The translations under genes were made by a program, and so were the position numbers. The notes under the pieces are model-generated. The model ran no database searches, was not told the DNA's origin, and saw only the letters and a list, made by a program, of their open reading frames with translations. Positions 27,376 through 43,315 of a stretch of DNA of 64,000 bases are shown here, piece after piece. Numbering within the stretch: position 1 is the first letter of the stretch; the number at the start of each line of letters is the position of its first letter. The DNA is from the human T2T-CHM13v2.0 reference genome, Homo sapiens. Location of the stretch: the NCBI RefSeq assembly GCF_009914755.1, contig NC_060932.1; one strand, written 5' to 3'.

Positions 27376-28149
27376 TATTTTATCTGGAGAAAATTCACAG
27401 CATTCTTGATTCTAGTGCTTATTTTTTCATTCTCCATCACCACGAGTCATAGATGGTTTTCTGGATGTTTACGTTTGCATGTGATTTAGCATTTTTCTAG
27501 ATGTAATGGTAGTAGACTGCACATCAACTATCACCTTTAATTAATCTCAAACCCTGTCTCCATTGTGCACCATTTAACATATTTGTTACTTCTTGTTCTT
27601 ATACTTTAATTTTACAGAATTAAAATACTAATGAAATATTTCACTCTTCCAACTCTGCCTACTCTTCCAATCATCTTGGTTTTATTGAATTTTCTATAAC
27701 TACTTTCTCTCCATCACCTCATCCTTCTCCACCATTACCTCTATGCAGATCATTCCTAATTTATATTTACATCTGAAAATTTCCTGAGTTTCAGACCTCA
27801 TTTTTAACTGTCACAGTCATGTCTACTAGACTGTCCCCCTGACTTCTCACAATCTGGTGACTCCATCAACTCCTTTGTTTTCATACTAGCAAATAATCTC
27901 TTGTAATATGGTGGTGAAGTTTCTTATACTTGTAAGTCTTTTGATGCCTTGCAAAGTATATAGAATTAAAAGTTAATGAAACTTTCATTCACTGAGTGCG
28001 ACTTGACTTAGTAATGTTACAATATCTCTTGTAGAAAGATGATGCAAAATGGTTAGAGAAGCTACTGTGATGCTCTTCCAATTCAGAACTCACAATGTGG
28101 GCATTCTAGAAAGGCTGAAATTTTCTAGAACTTGGGCGTATTTATGATA

Positions 28150-29790
<1,641 letters not shown>

Positions 29791-30149
29791 CCTTATACTG
29801 ATTCCTACACAGAATTAAGCTAGCCTTTCTTCTGCTTTTTTCCCCCACTATAAGATTTCCCCCTTACTCTCCCAAAAAGATGAGGGTTTTTTTTTTTAGG
29901 AGTTTTATCTACCAATGCTGATGTTCTCCTCTGTGACTAAAACCTCTCATTGAGTCAAAAACCATAAAAGCAAACACCCTAAGCCAGGTTCCTTCTCTAA
30001 GTTTTGACTTTCCTTCACAATCTGCCCCCTTTTATTTGCCTTAGAGAGCCCACAGATATGGGTAATTTCCTTTTATATACTTGTTTGTTTGTGTTTTGTT
30101 CACAAATTTTTATTGTAATTAGCAAAAGGATTGGATTTTGTGGACTAAC

Positions 30150-31215
30150 ACCATCAAAGTGCAACTAAATTCCCAAATTCTGTTTTAAAACCACCATTCT
30201 AGTTGCTCTGTTGAAATTAGACTATAGACAGGTAAAGAGGGTGACCTCTTGGGATGCCGTTGCACATCTCCAGGTAAAAGATGATGATGATTTGATAAGG
30301 CTGGTAGCACTGCGAGTAATAAGATGTAGCCATTTTCTAGATGCCCTTAAAATCCAGCAGAAGTTTCTGGTGAATCAGATACTGAGTAGGAAAGAAAGTG
30401 AGATACCAATATAATGCTAAAATTTTGGCTTGAGCAATAGGAAGGAAGGTTTAGTCATTAACTGAAATTGAAAACGCTACAAATAGAAAAAAAACGGGTG
30501 AACTGTCAAAACTTTAGCTTTGACATGTAATGGTTGAAATGCTTATTGACTATTCAAGTGGAGAGATCAAATTAGCAGAAGATATAAAAATGTAGACTTC
30601 ATAAGGAAGAGACTAGGCTACATATTTTAAAAAAATAGAGTTTGCACTTTACAGATGGTATTATTAATAGTTTAGACTCCATAAGGTCCCCTAGGGAGAT
30701 GGCTTTCAAACTTTAATATTCGAGAGAATTACCTGCAGTGTTTGTTAAAACTGATTGTTGAGCACTTATCCCAGAGTTTCTGATTAATTAGGTCTTTGGA
30801 GGGATGTGAAAATTTGTATTTCTTGCAAGTTTCCAGGTCTTGCTGATGCTGCTGGTCTGAGGACCACACTTTTAGAATTACTGCCCTAAGGTGTGAATGA
30901 AGATATAGAAGAGAAGGCTTCCAAGGATTGAGCTTTGGGGAATTCATGTTAAGATGGCCTAGAAAAGATAAGGAACCAGCAAAGGGGACAGAGAAGGAGC
31001 ATCCTGTGAGGTATGAAAAGCAGGAAAATGGTGTCCTGGAAAAGACTTTCAAGGAGGAAGGATTATCAGCTCTCATCTGCTGCTGATAGGTCAAGTGATA
31101 AAATAAGAACTGAGAACTGAACATTGCATACACCAATAAGAAGATTCTTAGTGACCTTCGCAGTATCAGTTTTGTTGGAGATTTGGGGGCAAAAGCTTGT
31201 TTGCAGTGGATTGAA
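30150..31215 (-). mobile_element. L2 fragment with a nested MER5 (about 30698-30885)
   Basis: L2 motifs ttttggcttgagcaatagg, tattcaagtggagagatc, gctgctgataggtcaagt...gagaactga; MER5 motif gatgctgctggtctgaggaccacactt. Confidence 0.75.
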
Positions 31216-32728
31216 GTCATATCTGTATAACATAGTCAAGTTCACTGACAGGTTCATTGGCCCTCGTAACTCAATAATACCGACCACTAAAATCCTCTTA
31301 ACAATACTGTCCCCATCAAAGATTTTTTTCTTTTCTAAAGGAAGAGGACAAGCAGATCAACCAGTGTGATTTTCCTGTTTGCCTTAAAGTTAAAAATACT
31401 TAATTCAAATGAACATATTGACTTTTTGCTTATGGTATCAGTCTTTTAAAAGTTAGTTTAACCTGTACCAGTTCCTCTGATCCTGTTTAATGCTAGCTCT
31501 GTCAACAGAATGAGTTTTCCGGAGCGCTACCCAAAAGCCTGAATAGTGGAGGCTCTATCATAGTCCTACTTTTCTGGTGAAGTCCAAATTTGTCGTTTTC
31601 ATTATTTCTTTTTATTAAGCAGCCATAACCTCAGTTTTGTCTTATGTGAATTAAAGACTGTGGACTGCCTCATTTCAAAACTCACACTCATCTTTAAACT
31701 TCCATGATTCTATGACTTTACATTAAGATAAAAATGGTAAAGCCGTCAAGCAACATTTCTTTCTCTAAGTTTCCCTAAATTTCCTCCAAGATATTGAAGT
31801 CAGTATTTAGGAATGTCTTATTTATTCATTATTGTAGATTCTTCCAAATAAAAGATACCATAATGTATTTGAAGTATTTGATTTATAAAAATCTGAGTTT
31901 AAATAATTTTAAGAAAATATCTAGAGTATAAAATAAGTCTTTGACAAAGTTTCTCCATATAAAATGTTTGTACATAATTGCAAACTTGATATAAACACCC
32001 CTGTTATTTACAAAGGAGTTATCAATTGGAACTAAAATATCAGTGTTGAAATCATGTTCTTAATCCTGCAACTAAATCAAACAGAGACTGGCAAGTTCAG
32101 TGAGTTAACGATAACACCTGTCTTATTGGTATATGAGCAGTAAATAACAAGAATTTTTCTGCTACAAATCTCTTCCGTAAAGCATTATTTATTAGTGTAG
32201 TTTCCGCTAACGGATAGTATGATCTGAAATGGAATATGATGCCTTTCCTAAATTGAATAAAGCATTGAGAAAACATATGCAAGAAGCAGTGTCTTCTATC
32301 ATTTAAAAAGGTTTTGGTTCTCAAAAAATTTTTTAAATTTTTAAGCAAGAAAATGTTTTAGCAATCAACTACAGCTAAGCTGCATTTTAGAAGGAGGAAG
32401 AAGATGAGGCCCAGTAAGTGCAGAGTGGCCCTTATTCACGGCAGAACTAAACTGAGGATCACTGCATTGTATCATAGAACTAACTAGTCACAGAAGTGGA
32501 AGATATCTTGTTATTTATTATTAATATCCGATTATTACCTGATGCATGAATCACTCCACAGTCTTCCCAGTAGGATACTTTCAATGTCTATTTATACATA
32601 GAATGCAAATAAACCAAACACTCAGGGATGTTTTCCTAAAACAGGCAACTCCATTGGCAAGGTATGAATATCAACTGATGGGCTTAATATATACAAACTT
32701 GGTGCTAGGACTCTTAAAAATCTATAAA

Positions 32729-33062
32729 GATGGTTTCCAGCTTCATCCATGTCCCCACAAAGGACATGAACTCATCATTTTTTATGGCTGCTCAGCCAAC
32801 TATCACAAGGACAAAAAACCAAACACTGCATGTTCTCACTCATAGGTGGGAACTGAACAATGAGAACACATGGACACAGGAAGGGGAACATCACACACTG
32901 GGGCCTGTTGTGGGGTGGGGGGAAGGGGGACGGATAGCATTAGGAGATATACCTAATGTTAAATGACGAGTTAATGGGTGCAGCACACCAACATGTACAC
33001 ATATGTAACTAACCTGCACGTTGTGCACATGTACCCTAAAACTTAAAGTGTAATAAAAAAAA
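32729..33062 (+). mobile_element. Very short L1PA 3' end with a 5' inversion
   Basis: 32729-32791 is antisense L1, 32792-33062 is sense 3'UTR; TSD aaaaa(t/c)ctat(a/g)aagatg. Confidence 0.92.
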
Positions 33063-33513
33063 CCTATGAAGATGTTCACTGTCCTATGTCTTTTTTATAT
33101 AACTATCACAGAATTCCCATCACAAATTTAAGCCAACCTGTCAGTTCTCCCAAGGTATAGCATTTCCTGCCTCTTTTTAATTGGACTGAAAAGTTTCAGT
33201 ATCTGTTGGTGAAATTCAGTTACAGTGCTTTCCTCCCTTCATTGACCATAAGATTGACTCTCTATATAAACTAGACACTTGAGACAAAAGTCAACCTCTT
33301 TATTGTTGATTCATTTAAATTTTCAAAGGTTATATATATCAGAGTAGTAACTCAGCTTTGAACCATCTCCTATGACCATGCTATTATGTCCTTTCAGGTG
33401 CTCCTGATATTTACTGCCAGAAATTATGGTCAGTGCCAAGGGTGGGAAGTAATGGCCAATGACAATTTTATTCACCCATTCTGCATTTATTAAGTACCTA
33501 CTATGTTTTAGGC

Positions 33514-33878
33514 TGTGTGTTAGTTCTCATGCTGCTGATAAAGACATACCTGAGGCTGGGTAATTTATAAAGAAAAAGAGGTTTACTGGACTTACAGTTC
33601 CACATGGCTGGGGAGACCTCACAATCATGGTGGAAGGCAAAGGAGGAGTAAGGCACGTCTTACATGGTGGCAGGCAAGAGGACGTGTGCAGGGGAACTCT
33701 CCTTTAGAAAACCATCATATTTTTGTGAGACTTATTCATTGTCACAAGAACAGCATTGTGGAAAGACCTGTCCCAATGATTCAATTACCTCCCACCAGGT
33801 CCCTCCCACAACATGAGGGAATTATGGGAGCTACAATTTGTGATGAGATTTGGGTGAGGAACAGCCAAACTATATCAG
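33514..33878 (-). mobile_element. THE1 MaLR solo LTR
   Basis: gctgctgataaagacatacctgag...cagccaaactatatca. Confidence 0.9.
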
Positions 33879-34914
33879 ACTGGCAACAAGATGCTGAGAT
33901 ACTCAGGCTAAGACTCTATTAAAGACACTGCTCTTATTCTTAAGGAAATTAAGGTCCATTAGAGGAAAACAGAACATACATACAAATAAGTGCCTTGAAG
34001 TGTTACGTATAATGTGAAATATATGCACATTGAGATTACAAAGCAGAGATTACCTCCTATGCATTTTTTTGCCCAGGTATTTTGTTGTTAAGGCCTTGGC
34101 TATTTTACCTTAAGTTAATTCTCTTAACTGTATGGTAATTCTGGTGAAATAATTGATAGTGACCAATTACGGAATCAACAGTTGTTTCTTTTTTTTTTTT
34201 TTTTTTAACTCTTCAAACAAGAAGCAATACACCTAAAGAAATTTGCCTAGGGAAATTCATGTACAGACATGAACACATTAAAATAAAAATGTGCTGATGT
34301 GAGCCAGTTTTTAGCTGCTACTGAAGTGTTATCAGTATGTCATTTTCCATGTTACTTTGTATTTCTAGGGTGAGGTATGTTGTGTCTGAACTGAGCTCAG
34401 AGTTTCCAGTGCATAAATATGATGCATGATTCTGACTAGTTTAAATATAGAGTTCATGCATTCTTTCTAAAATTTTAGGGCTTACTTAAGAATGTAATTC
34501 TAGGAGATGGCATATTTGGCTGCAGTGGGAATTTTGAAATTTATGGTACTACTCTGGGTCATTTGGTTTATTTAAGTACGAATGGGATTTGGCCTGCCAC
34601 ACCTCAACTATAATCATCCTTCATCTTCCAGACAGCGAATAAATAACAAGTAAAGATTAATTAGCACCCTCTATGCTTTCAATAGCTTTAATTGCCTTTT
34701 CAGTATGTTCTTTGCGGAACACATAGAAAAATAAGATTCTTCTGGTTTAGTGATATCGCACATTATATTAATATATTGCAACTATTTAGAGAAAACACTA
34801 CTCACCTATATAGGGGAGCTGTGTTTTGCTGCACTCAAGAGTAAATGGTTCCAGGCTTGGATTTTTATCTGAGCTATTTTCTCCTGCTTTTAAGGTAAAG
34901 TGCTGCTACCTTTT

Positions 34915-35345
34915 CTGGAAATAAATGAAGATAACCCAAATGAGAAGAAGCGAATGCTATTTATTTCAAGCATGCTGTCACATAGGAGTCAGCCACCATC
35001 ACCTGCACAGAACAGAGATTCAAAGGCAGGAAGAGGAATGGGGAGGCTTTATGGTGAGGGAAAAAAAAGAGAACTCTTCAGATATCCTCTGACTGAAATT
35101 TGTTGATATGGAGAAGCCGGAGATGGCAACTAGGAGGGGGCATCTTATGTGTTTGTTGTGAGGAGTATATCCAGCCTTACCTGATTGGAGCTGGGTTGGG
35201 AACAGGGATAAAAATAGGGAAGCTCTCAATCCTTGACTAAATTCTGACTAAATTCTGACTGAATTTGATTGCTGCAGAGGTTGCAGGTCAGAGTTCTGTT
35301 ATAATATATGGTCCGCTCATTGTCCAGCTGGATATTCAAACTCTC
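34915..35345 (-). mobile_element. Old ERV LTR (family uncertain)
   Basis: ctatttatttcaagc...ggagtcagccaccatcacc...caaaggcagg resembles an old ERV1 LTR (from memory). Confidence 0.45.
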
Positions 35346-36029
35346 CCTTTGAATTCCCTTCCACATTTCTGACATTAGCATCCTATTTCTAGTCTCTTGA
35401 CTCCGAAGCTTTTCTTACCGATATGGAGGCAATTTAGAGACTATAAGTACATCCCTCTCCATGATCCTACGTAACTGATGGGGTACCCTGGATTTCAGCA
35501 TAAGCATTTGTAAAAAGGAGCATGTGATCTATTAGGGAGCACTAACATTATTTGATTCTAACTCATGTAAGACTGAAAACAAACCAGTTACGGAGCAGTA
35601 ACGGCTGAAGACATTAAAAAATATTTCTCAAATTATGTTCTACTGAACACTAGTGTCATATATGATATTCATGAATATTCTTTTAAAAAGTGGAATGTTT
35701 TCTGTATAAGTAATCTGTAATGGGATTCAATGGGTAGTGTTCAGTTTACATTGGGTTTTGCTGTGTGATAGACAGATTGAAAATTTCTCATTATTATACA
35801 AATGAAACCTTATGGTTAGCTTAATGGAAGTAAAAATGGCTTCAGAAAACTCTAAGATGATAGGCTTTCACCTCTAGATTTTAGGCTTGAAATTGTTTCT
35901 AAGGACTCATGATTTTAAGAATAATTTTTACCCTCAGATTTTGCTAATGTGTACATTTGATCTTTGGACACAGATGTTTTATAAACCAGATTATCTTCAT
36001 AAATTTTATTGGTAAACTGAACCATTTGC

Positions 36030-36598
<569 letters not shown>

Positions 36599-37399
36599 TA
36601 ATTTTTTTAATCTACAGTTTGTAGATTGGTTTTATAAACCTAGTTTTATATCAACATCTGTAAGTGACCATAAACTCTTAGACATTTTATCTACTGTCTT
36701 AGTTTCTGTTACCATTGAACAGAGCACTATTTGATTTAAGAGATGCCAGCTTGGTCTTTTTTATTTTCTACAAGCCACTCTTGCAACTTCTCTAGTAGTT
36801 GAAGTGTGCTACCAACTGTTTATTTTAGAAAGTAGTAAACAAATGGGAATTTTGGTTTGTTCATATCTTTACCAGATCAACTGAATTACAAAGGCATGCA
36901 TCTATTGCTTTTGGATCAAGAAAGAATAAGGTGTTAGCAAACAGGAAATGATATTTTCCTTACAAAAATACAGTAAAACACATTGTAAATAATATCTAAT
37001 ATTCGACTTCTCTGTGATACCACAGACAGCTGAAATAATCCTTTGCCACATATTTATATCTTGGTGGAATCCATGCTATAAGCTGGCTATCTAACAAACT
37101 CTCTAAGGCTGAAAACAGTCTGTTTTTCTTTCTTTGTGTGTCAAACCTTATTGTGCCATTTGTTTCGTCACTGGAGGAGGAAGGGAAGCCAAGCAAACAA
37201 ATGTTGGAGTGAAAGAAAATACATGAATCCATTAAATATTTAAATGGCACTTTCCTCTGTTGACAAAAAACATGAATTGGAAAAAGTATCCAATTCTAGC
37301 AGAGTTCCTGCCAATCTCCCCACTCATGCTGTTTTATCTATTTTCTCCAAATTTTCACTTATGTTTTCTTCTCATACTTACCCATTTCTCTTTTTCTTT

Positions 37400-38060
37400 T
37401 TTCATATTTTATTATTCTATGTCGTTCTATGGTATGTGCACTACAATTGCATGGTGTATGTACTGCAACTTATTTAACCAGTTCCCCATTAAATTACATT
37501 TGTTTCTAATCATTTGCTATTAGAAAAAAATGTTGCAAAGAATCAACTTCACTCATGTCAATTTATCTTTTTGAGCATAAACGTTTGATAAAGTTTTTGA
37601 AGTGAAAGTGCCAGACTGCGATTATGTATACTTTTAGTTTTGAAACATACTGTCAAATTGCCTTGCAAAGTGGCTGAATGACAGGGGCCATTTTTTTTAC
37701 CCTTCCTTACCTAAACATGTATTATCAAACTTTTCAATCTTTGCCAATCTGATAAGGGTTAATTTATCTCAGAGCAGTTTCGTTGCATTACTCTTATTAG
37801 GTACAGTTCAACATAAATGAGTCCTTTGTGATATAAGTTGCAAAGGTCTCTCTCAATTTTCCATTTACCCTGTTTTTGACTATAGTAGATTTTGCTATGC
37901 AAAATTTTAATTTTTTATTAGTTTATCAATCTTTTCTTTTATACTCCTGAGTTTTGTGTCATATTTAAAATATCTTTAATTCTGAGATTATGAAACATTT
38001 TCCAGTGAGTTTTTCTAATTTTCTCTAGTTCTGTTTTCTTAAAACTATTTAATATTTAAT
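37400..38060 (-). mobile_element. Old L1ME-type fragment
   Basis: Diverged L1 minus motifs (tactgtcaaattgccttgcaaagtggctg, tttgccaatctgata); continues after 42170. Confidence 0.55.
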
Positions 38061-38084
38061 TAATTTAGAAGTTGTTTTAGATAT

Positions 38085-39232
38085 AATTATTTCTTTTCCT
38101 TTGGGTAGATACCCAGTAGTGGGGAGGCTGGGTCTAATAGTTTTAATTTTAGTTCTTTGAGAAATCTCAATATTGTTTTGCAGACATTGTATTAATTTAT
38201 ATTCCCACCAGCAGTGTGTAAGTATTCCCTTTTCTCTGCACACTCAACCAATATCTATTTTTTTCTGGCTTTTTAATAATAGCCATTCTGGCTGGTGTGA
38301 GATGGTGTCTCACTGTGGTTTTAATTTGCATTTCTCTTATGATTAGTGATGTGGAGCATTTTTTAATGTTTGTTGGCTGCTCGTATGTCTTCTTTTGAGA
38401 AATGTCTGTTCATGTCCTCTGCCCACTTTGTAAAGAGGTTGTTAGGTTTTTTTTTTCCTGTTGTTAGAGTTCTTCGCAGATTCTGGATATTACTCCTTTG
38501 TTAAATGCATAGTTTGTAAATATTTTCCCCCATTCTGTAGGTTGTCTGCTTATTCTGTTGATCATTTCTTTGCTCCACATAATCTCTTTAAGTCTCATTT
38601 TTCTATGCTTGTTTTTGCTGCATTTACTTTTGAGGCCTTATTCATAAATCCTTTGCATCAGCCAATGTCCAGAAGAGGATTTCCTAGGTTTTCTTCTGAG
38701 AATTTTTATAGTTTCAGATCTTACATTTATGTCTTTAATCCAAAAAGACACCTGCGCTTGTATATTTATTGCAGCACTATTCACAGTAGCAAGGTCATGT
38801 AATCAATCTAGGTGTTTATCGATGGATGACTGCATTAAAAAATGTGATGTGTATATACCATGGAATACTATGCAGCCATAGAAAAGAATGAAATTCTGTC
38901 TTATGTAGCAACACAGATAGAGGTGGAGGCCCTTATCCTAAGTGAAATAACTTAAAAACAGAAAATTAAATACTGCATACTCTAACTTATAAATGAGAGC
39001 TCAATAATGGGTACACAAGACATACAGAGGGAAATAATACACAAGGGGGACTCCAAAGGGAGGAAGGTGGAAGGGGGATCAGGGTTGAAAAATTATTGAG
39101 TATGATATTTACTATTCAGGTGTTGGGTACACTAGAAGCTTAAACCTCACCATTAGGCAATATAGCCATATAACAAACCTGTGCATGTACCACCTCAATT
39201 TATAAAAATTAAAACAATTAAAAATTAAAAAG
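38085..39232 (+). mobile_element. L1MA-type 3' end with a 5' inversion
   Basis: 38085-38740 antisense ORF2; from about 38741 sense (aaaagacacctgc...) through the 3'UTR to an A-rich tail. Confidence 0.88.
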
Positions 39233-39239
39233 GAAGCCA

Positions 39240-42153
39240 AGTGTGCACCTTGCCACGCTGTCACTGCCACCACTGCTGGCATGTGCAAGCAAGGATGGAT
39301 TCCGCTGCTATCGTACTATGAAATGCTTTGCTGTCACCACCCATCAGTGTGGAAACCAGCAGTCCAGGATTACCTCAGCCCCAACCCAGCACATTGTATT
39401 CCTAACCTTGAGGAGCTAGAGAACAAAGATGGAGCGCAAAACAAGTCCCCCAGAATTAGGGCATGCAGCCCAGGAGTTGGGAGCTGAGCGTTGACCCCCT
39501 AAAATCTTCCAGAAGTGAAGCCAGTCAGCTAAACCCACCTTATACTACAATCAAACCCTGAAGGTCAACAAATAGGATAAAAGAAAAGAAAAAACATCCA
39601 AAGGTCATCAACTTCAAACAATGAAGAAACATAAGCCCACAAAGATGAGAAAGAACCACTGCAAGAACTCTGACAATTCCAAAAGCCAGAGTACCTTCTT
39701 TCCTCCAAACAACCATACTACATTTCCAAAAAGGTTCTGAACTCGGCTGAGATGGGTGAAATGACAGAAATAGCAACCAGAATATGGATAGAAAAAAAGA
39801 TCGTTGAGATGCAGGAGTACATTGAAACTCAATCTAGAAAGCAAAGAATTACAACAAAATGATATGGGAACAGACAGACAAAATAGCCAGTATAGAAAAG
39901 AACCTGATAACAACCTGATAGAGCTGAAAAACACACTGCAAGAATTTCATAATATAATCACAAGTGTTAATATCAGAATAGACCAAGCTCAGGAAAGAAT
40001 TTCAGGCTTTCTGAAATAAGACAGTCAGACAAGAGAATAGAGAAAAAAGAATGAAAAGGGACAAACAAAATCTACAAGAAATGTGGAATTATGTAAAGAG
40101 ATCAAATATATGATTCATTGGTGTCTCTGAAAGAGATGGAGAGAGTGTGAGCAACTTGGAAAACATACTGCAGGATATTATCCATGAGAACGTCCCCAAC
40201 CTAGCTAGACAAGCCAACATTCAAATTCAGGAAATGGAGAGAACTCCAGTAAGATACTTCAAAGAAGATTATGCCCAAGACACATAGTCATCAGATTCTC
40301 CAAGGTCAAAATGAGAAAACAGTATGTTGAAGGGAGCTAGAGAGAAAGGTCAAGTCACCTACAAACGGAAGCCCATCAGGCTAACAGTGGACTGCTCAGC
40401 AGAAAACCCACAAGGCAGAAGAGATTGAGGGCCAGCACTGAACATTCTTAAATAAAAGAAATTCCAACCAAGAATTCACATCTGGCCAAATTAAGCTTCA
40501 TAAGCAAAGGATGAACAAGATCCTTTCTAGGCAAGCAAATACTGAGGGAATTCATTCCCACAAGACCCACCTTACCCACCTGAAGGAAACACTGAATATG
40601 GAAAGACTGTTACCAAAAACAACAAAAATACACTGAAGTACACAGACCTGTGACACTACACATCAGCCACACAAACAAGTCTGCATATAACCAGCTAACA
40701 TCATGATGACAGGATCAAATCCACATATAACAATCCTAACCTTGAAGGTAAATGGGCTAAATGTCCCAATCAAAAGACACAGAGTGGCAAGCTGGATAAA
40801 GAACTATGACCCATTGGCATGCTGTCTTCAAGAGACCCATCTCACATGCAATGACACCAACAGGCTCAAAATAAAGATCTGGAGGAAAATCTACCAAGCA
40901 AATGGAGAACAGAAAAAAGCAAAGGTTGCAATCTTAATTTCAGACAAAACAGACTTTAAACCAACAAAGACCAAAGAAGGCAAAGAAGGGCCTTACATAA
41001 GGGTAAAGGGTTCAATTCAACAAGACCTAACTATACTAAATATATATATGCACCCAACACAGGAGCACCCACATTCCTAAAGCAAGTTCTTAGAGACCTT
41101 TAAAGAGACTTTTACTCCCACACAATAATAGTGAGAGACTTCAACACCCCAATGACAGTATTAGATAGATCATCAAACCAAAAATTAACAAAGATATCCC
41201 AGATTGGAACTCATCACTGGATTAAATGGATGTGATAGATATCTAGAAACTCTCCATTCAAAAACAGCAGAATATACATTGTTCTCATCATGACATGGCA
41301 CTTACTCTAAAATTGATCACATAATCGGAAGTAAAAAAACAGGGAATGGACATGAACAGACGCTTTTCAAAAGAAGATATACATGTGACCAACAAGCATA
41401 TAAGTAAAAGCTCAACATCACTGATCATCAGAAAAATGCAAATCAAAACCACAATGAGATACTATCTCACACCAGTCAGAATGGCTCTTGCTAAAAAGTC
41501 AAAAAATAACAGGTGCTGGCAAGGTTGTGGAGAAAAAGGAACATTTATACGCTGTTGATGGGAGTGTAAATTAGTTCAACCATTGTGGAAAACAATGTGG
41601 CAATTCCTCAAAGACCTAAAGACAGAAATACCATTTGACCAGCAATCTCATTACTGGGTATATACCAAAAGGAATATAAATCATTTTAACATGAAGACAC
41701 ATACACACATACGTTTATTCCAGCACTATTCACATTAACAAAGACATGGAATTAACCTAAATGCCCAGCAACGGTAGACTGGATGAAGAAAATGTGGTAG
41801 TCCACGGAATACTATGCAGCCATAAAAAATAATGCAGGAAGATGGACAGAGCTGGAGGCCACTATCCTTAGCCAATCAATGCAGGAACAGAAAACCAAAT
41901 ACCACACAGTCTCATTTGTAAGTGGAGCTAAATTATGAGAACACATGGACACAGAGAGGTAGAACAAGAGACACTAGGACCTAACAAAAGGTAGAGGGTG
42001 GGAGGAGAGAAATGACCACAGAAAATAACTAATGGGTACTAGGCTTAATACCCGGGTGACAAAACAATCTGTACAACAAACCCCGTTGTTACAAGTTTAC
42101 CTATATAACAAACATGCACATGTACCCCTGAACTTAAAAGTTAAAAAAAAAAA
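39240..42153 (+). mobile_element. L1 (old L1PA/L1PB) with partial 5'UTR, ORF1, ORF2 endonuclease, a large internal deletion and the 3' end
   Basis: ORF1 remnants (ELKNTLQEFHN...RIDQAQERIS); ORF2 start at 40703 (MMTGSNPHITILTLKVNGLN); jump at about 41340 to the ORF2 C-terminus; poly(A) at about 42143. Confidence 0.92.
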
Positions 42154-43100
42154 GGTGTTTTAAAGTGTGAGATATAAACTCAATTTTTTCCTAGATGACT
42201 ACCATTAATATAGAGAACGTTTACTGATCAGTTCATTTTTTCCACTGTAGTCTGAAAATCATATTTATCAAAGTATATGTGCATTCAAATTTATTTCTAC
42301 ACATTCTTTTCAGTTCAATTTGTCTATCATACTATTTATGAGTATCACAATGAATTAGCTTTTATGGTTTTATATTTTTCTTATAGTACTCTTCCCGACT
42401 CTCCTCATTACTTTCTTTTTCACGTTGTCTAATTCCAGGTAAAAGTTGAAATCTTACCGATATTAAAACTTCTTGTCAGAGCACATTACATAGGTTTTCA
42501 TTTTTTCAATTCTTCATTTTTATTTATTAATAAAATTACTTTCTTCATATTGACCTTGCACTTTCATACTAAATTTATTCCTAGGTTTTCCAAACAAAAT
42601 TAATAATCAGTACACTCTTTCTTTTTAGTTACTGTGTCATCAATTTCTTTCTCTTGTCTCATTGTGTTGAATAGTTCTGCCAGAACAAATCTGTAGTGAC
42701 CATAGCGGATACCTTTGTTCTCTTTCTGCCTCCGTGGGAAGGTGTGTTTCATTTCTCAGTTAAGAACAATACTGTTTTTTAGACTGAAACAGGTATGGTT
42801 CAACATTATCTATTGCAAGGTAAGTGCCTATTTATTCCTTTTTAACAAGTTTTCATTAAGAATAACAATACATTTTATTATATGCCTTTTTAGCAGCTGG
42901 GTAATCATTGAATTTTCTTTTTTCTATGGATATGGCATATTTCATATATTTCCTATCATTGAAACAACTTTTCATTCCTAGTCTTATTGAGTTAATTCAT
43001 TCAGTATTCTGTTGGCCTGTTTTTCTGGTAATTTATTTATACAACCTACTTTAATGATTAAGGTCATTTCCTTTTCTTTGTATGCTACCATTTACATAGT

Positions 43101-43315
43101 ACAGTTTACCCTTGAACAACAAGGGTTTTTACAGTAAGGTTTATTTATAAGCAGATTTTTATACAGTATTCATGAGATGTTAAACTTGCATATACAGAGA
43201 ACTGACTTTTCATGTGCACAGGTTCCCCAGGACTGGTTGTGGGACTTAAGTATGCACAGGTTAGGACATGCAAGGGTCATGTAACCAATCCCCCAAGTAT
43301 AGGGAAGCATGACTG
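43101..43315 (+). mobile_element. MER8-like (Tigger2 family) MITE
   Basis: TA-flanked cagtttacccttgaacaac...gactg. Confidence 0.75.

Noticed and set aside
35232-35268. 11-bp tandem repeat tgactaaattc (about 3 copies)
   Set aside because: Ordinary slippage within an old LTR.
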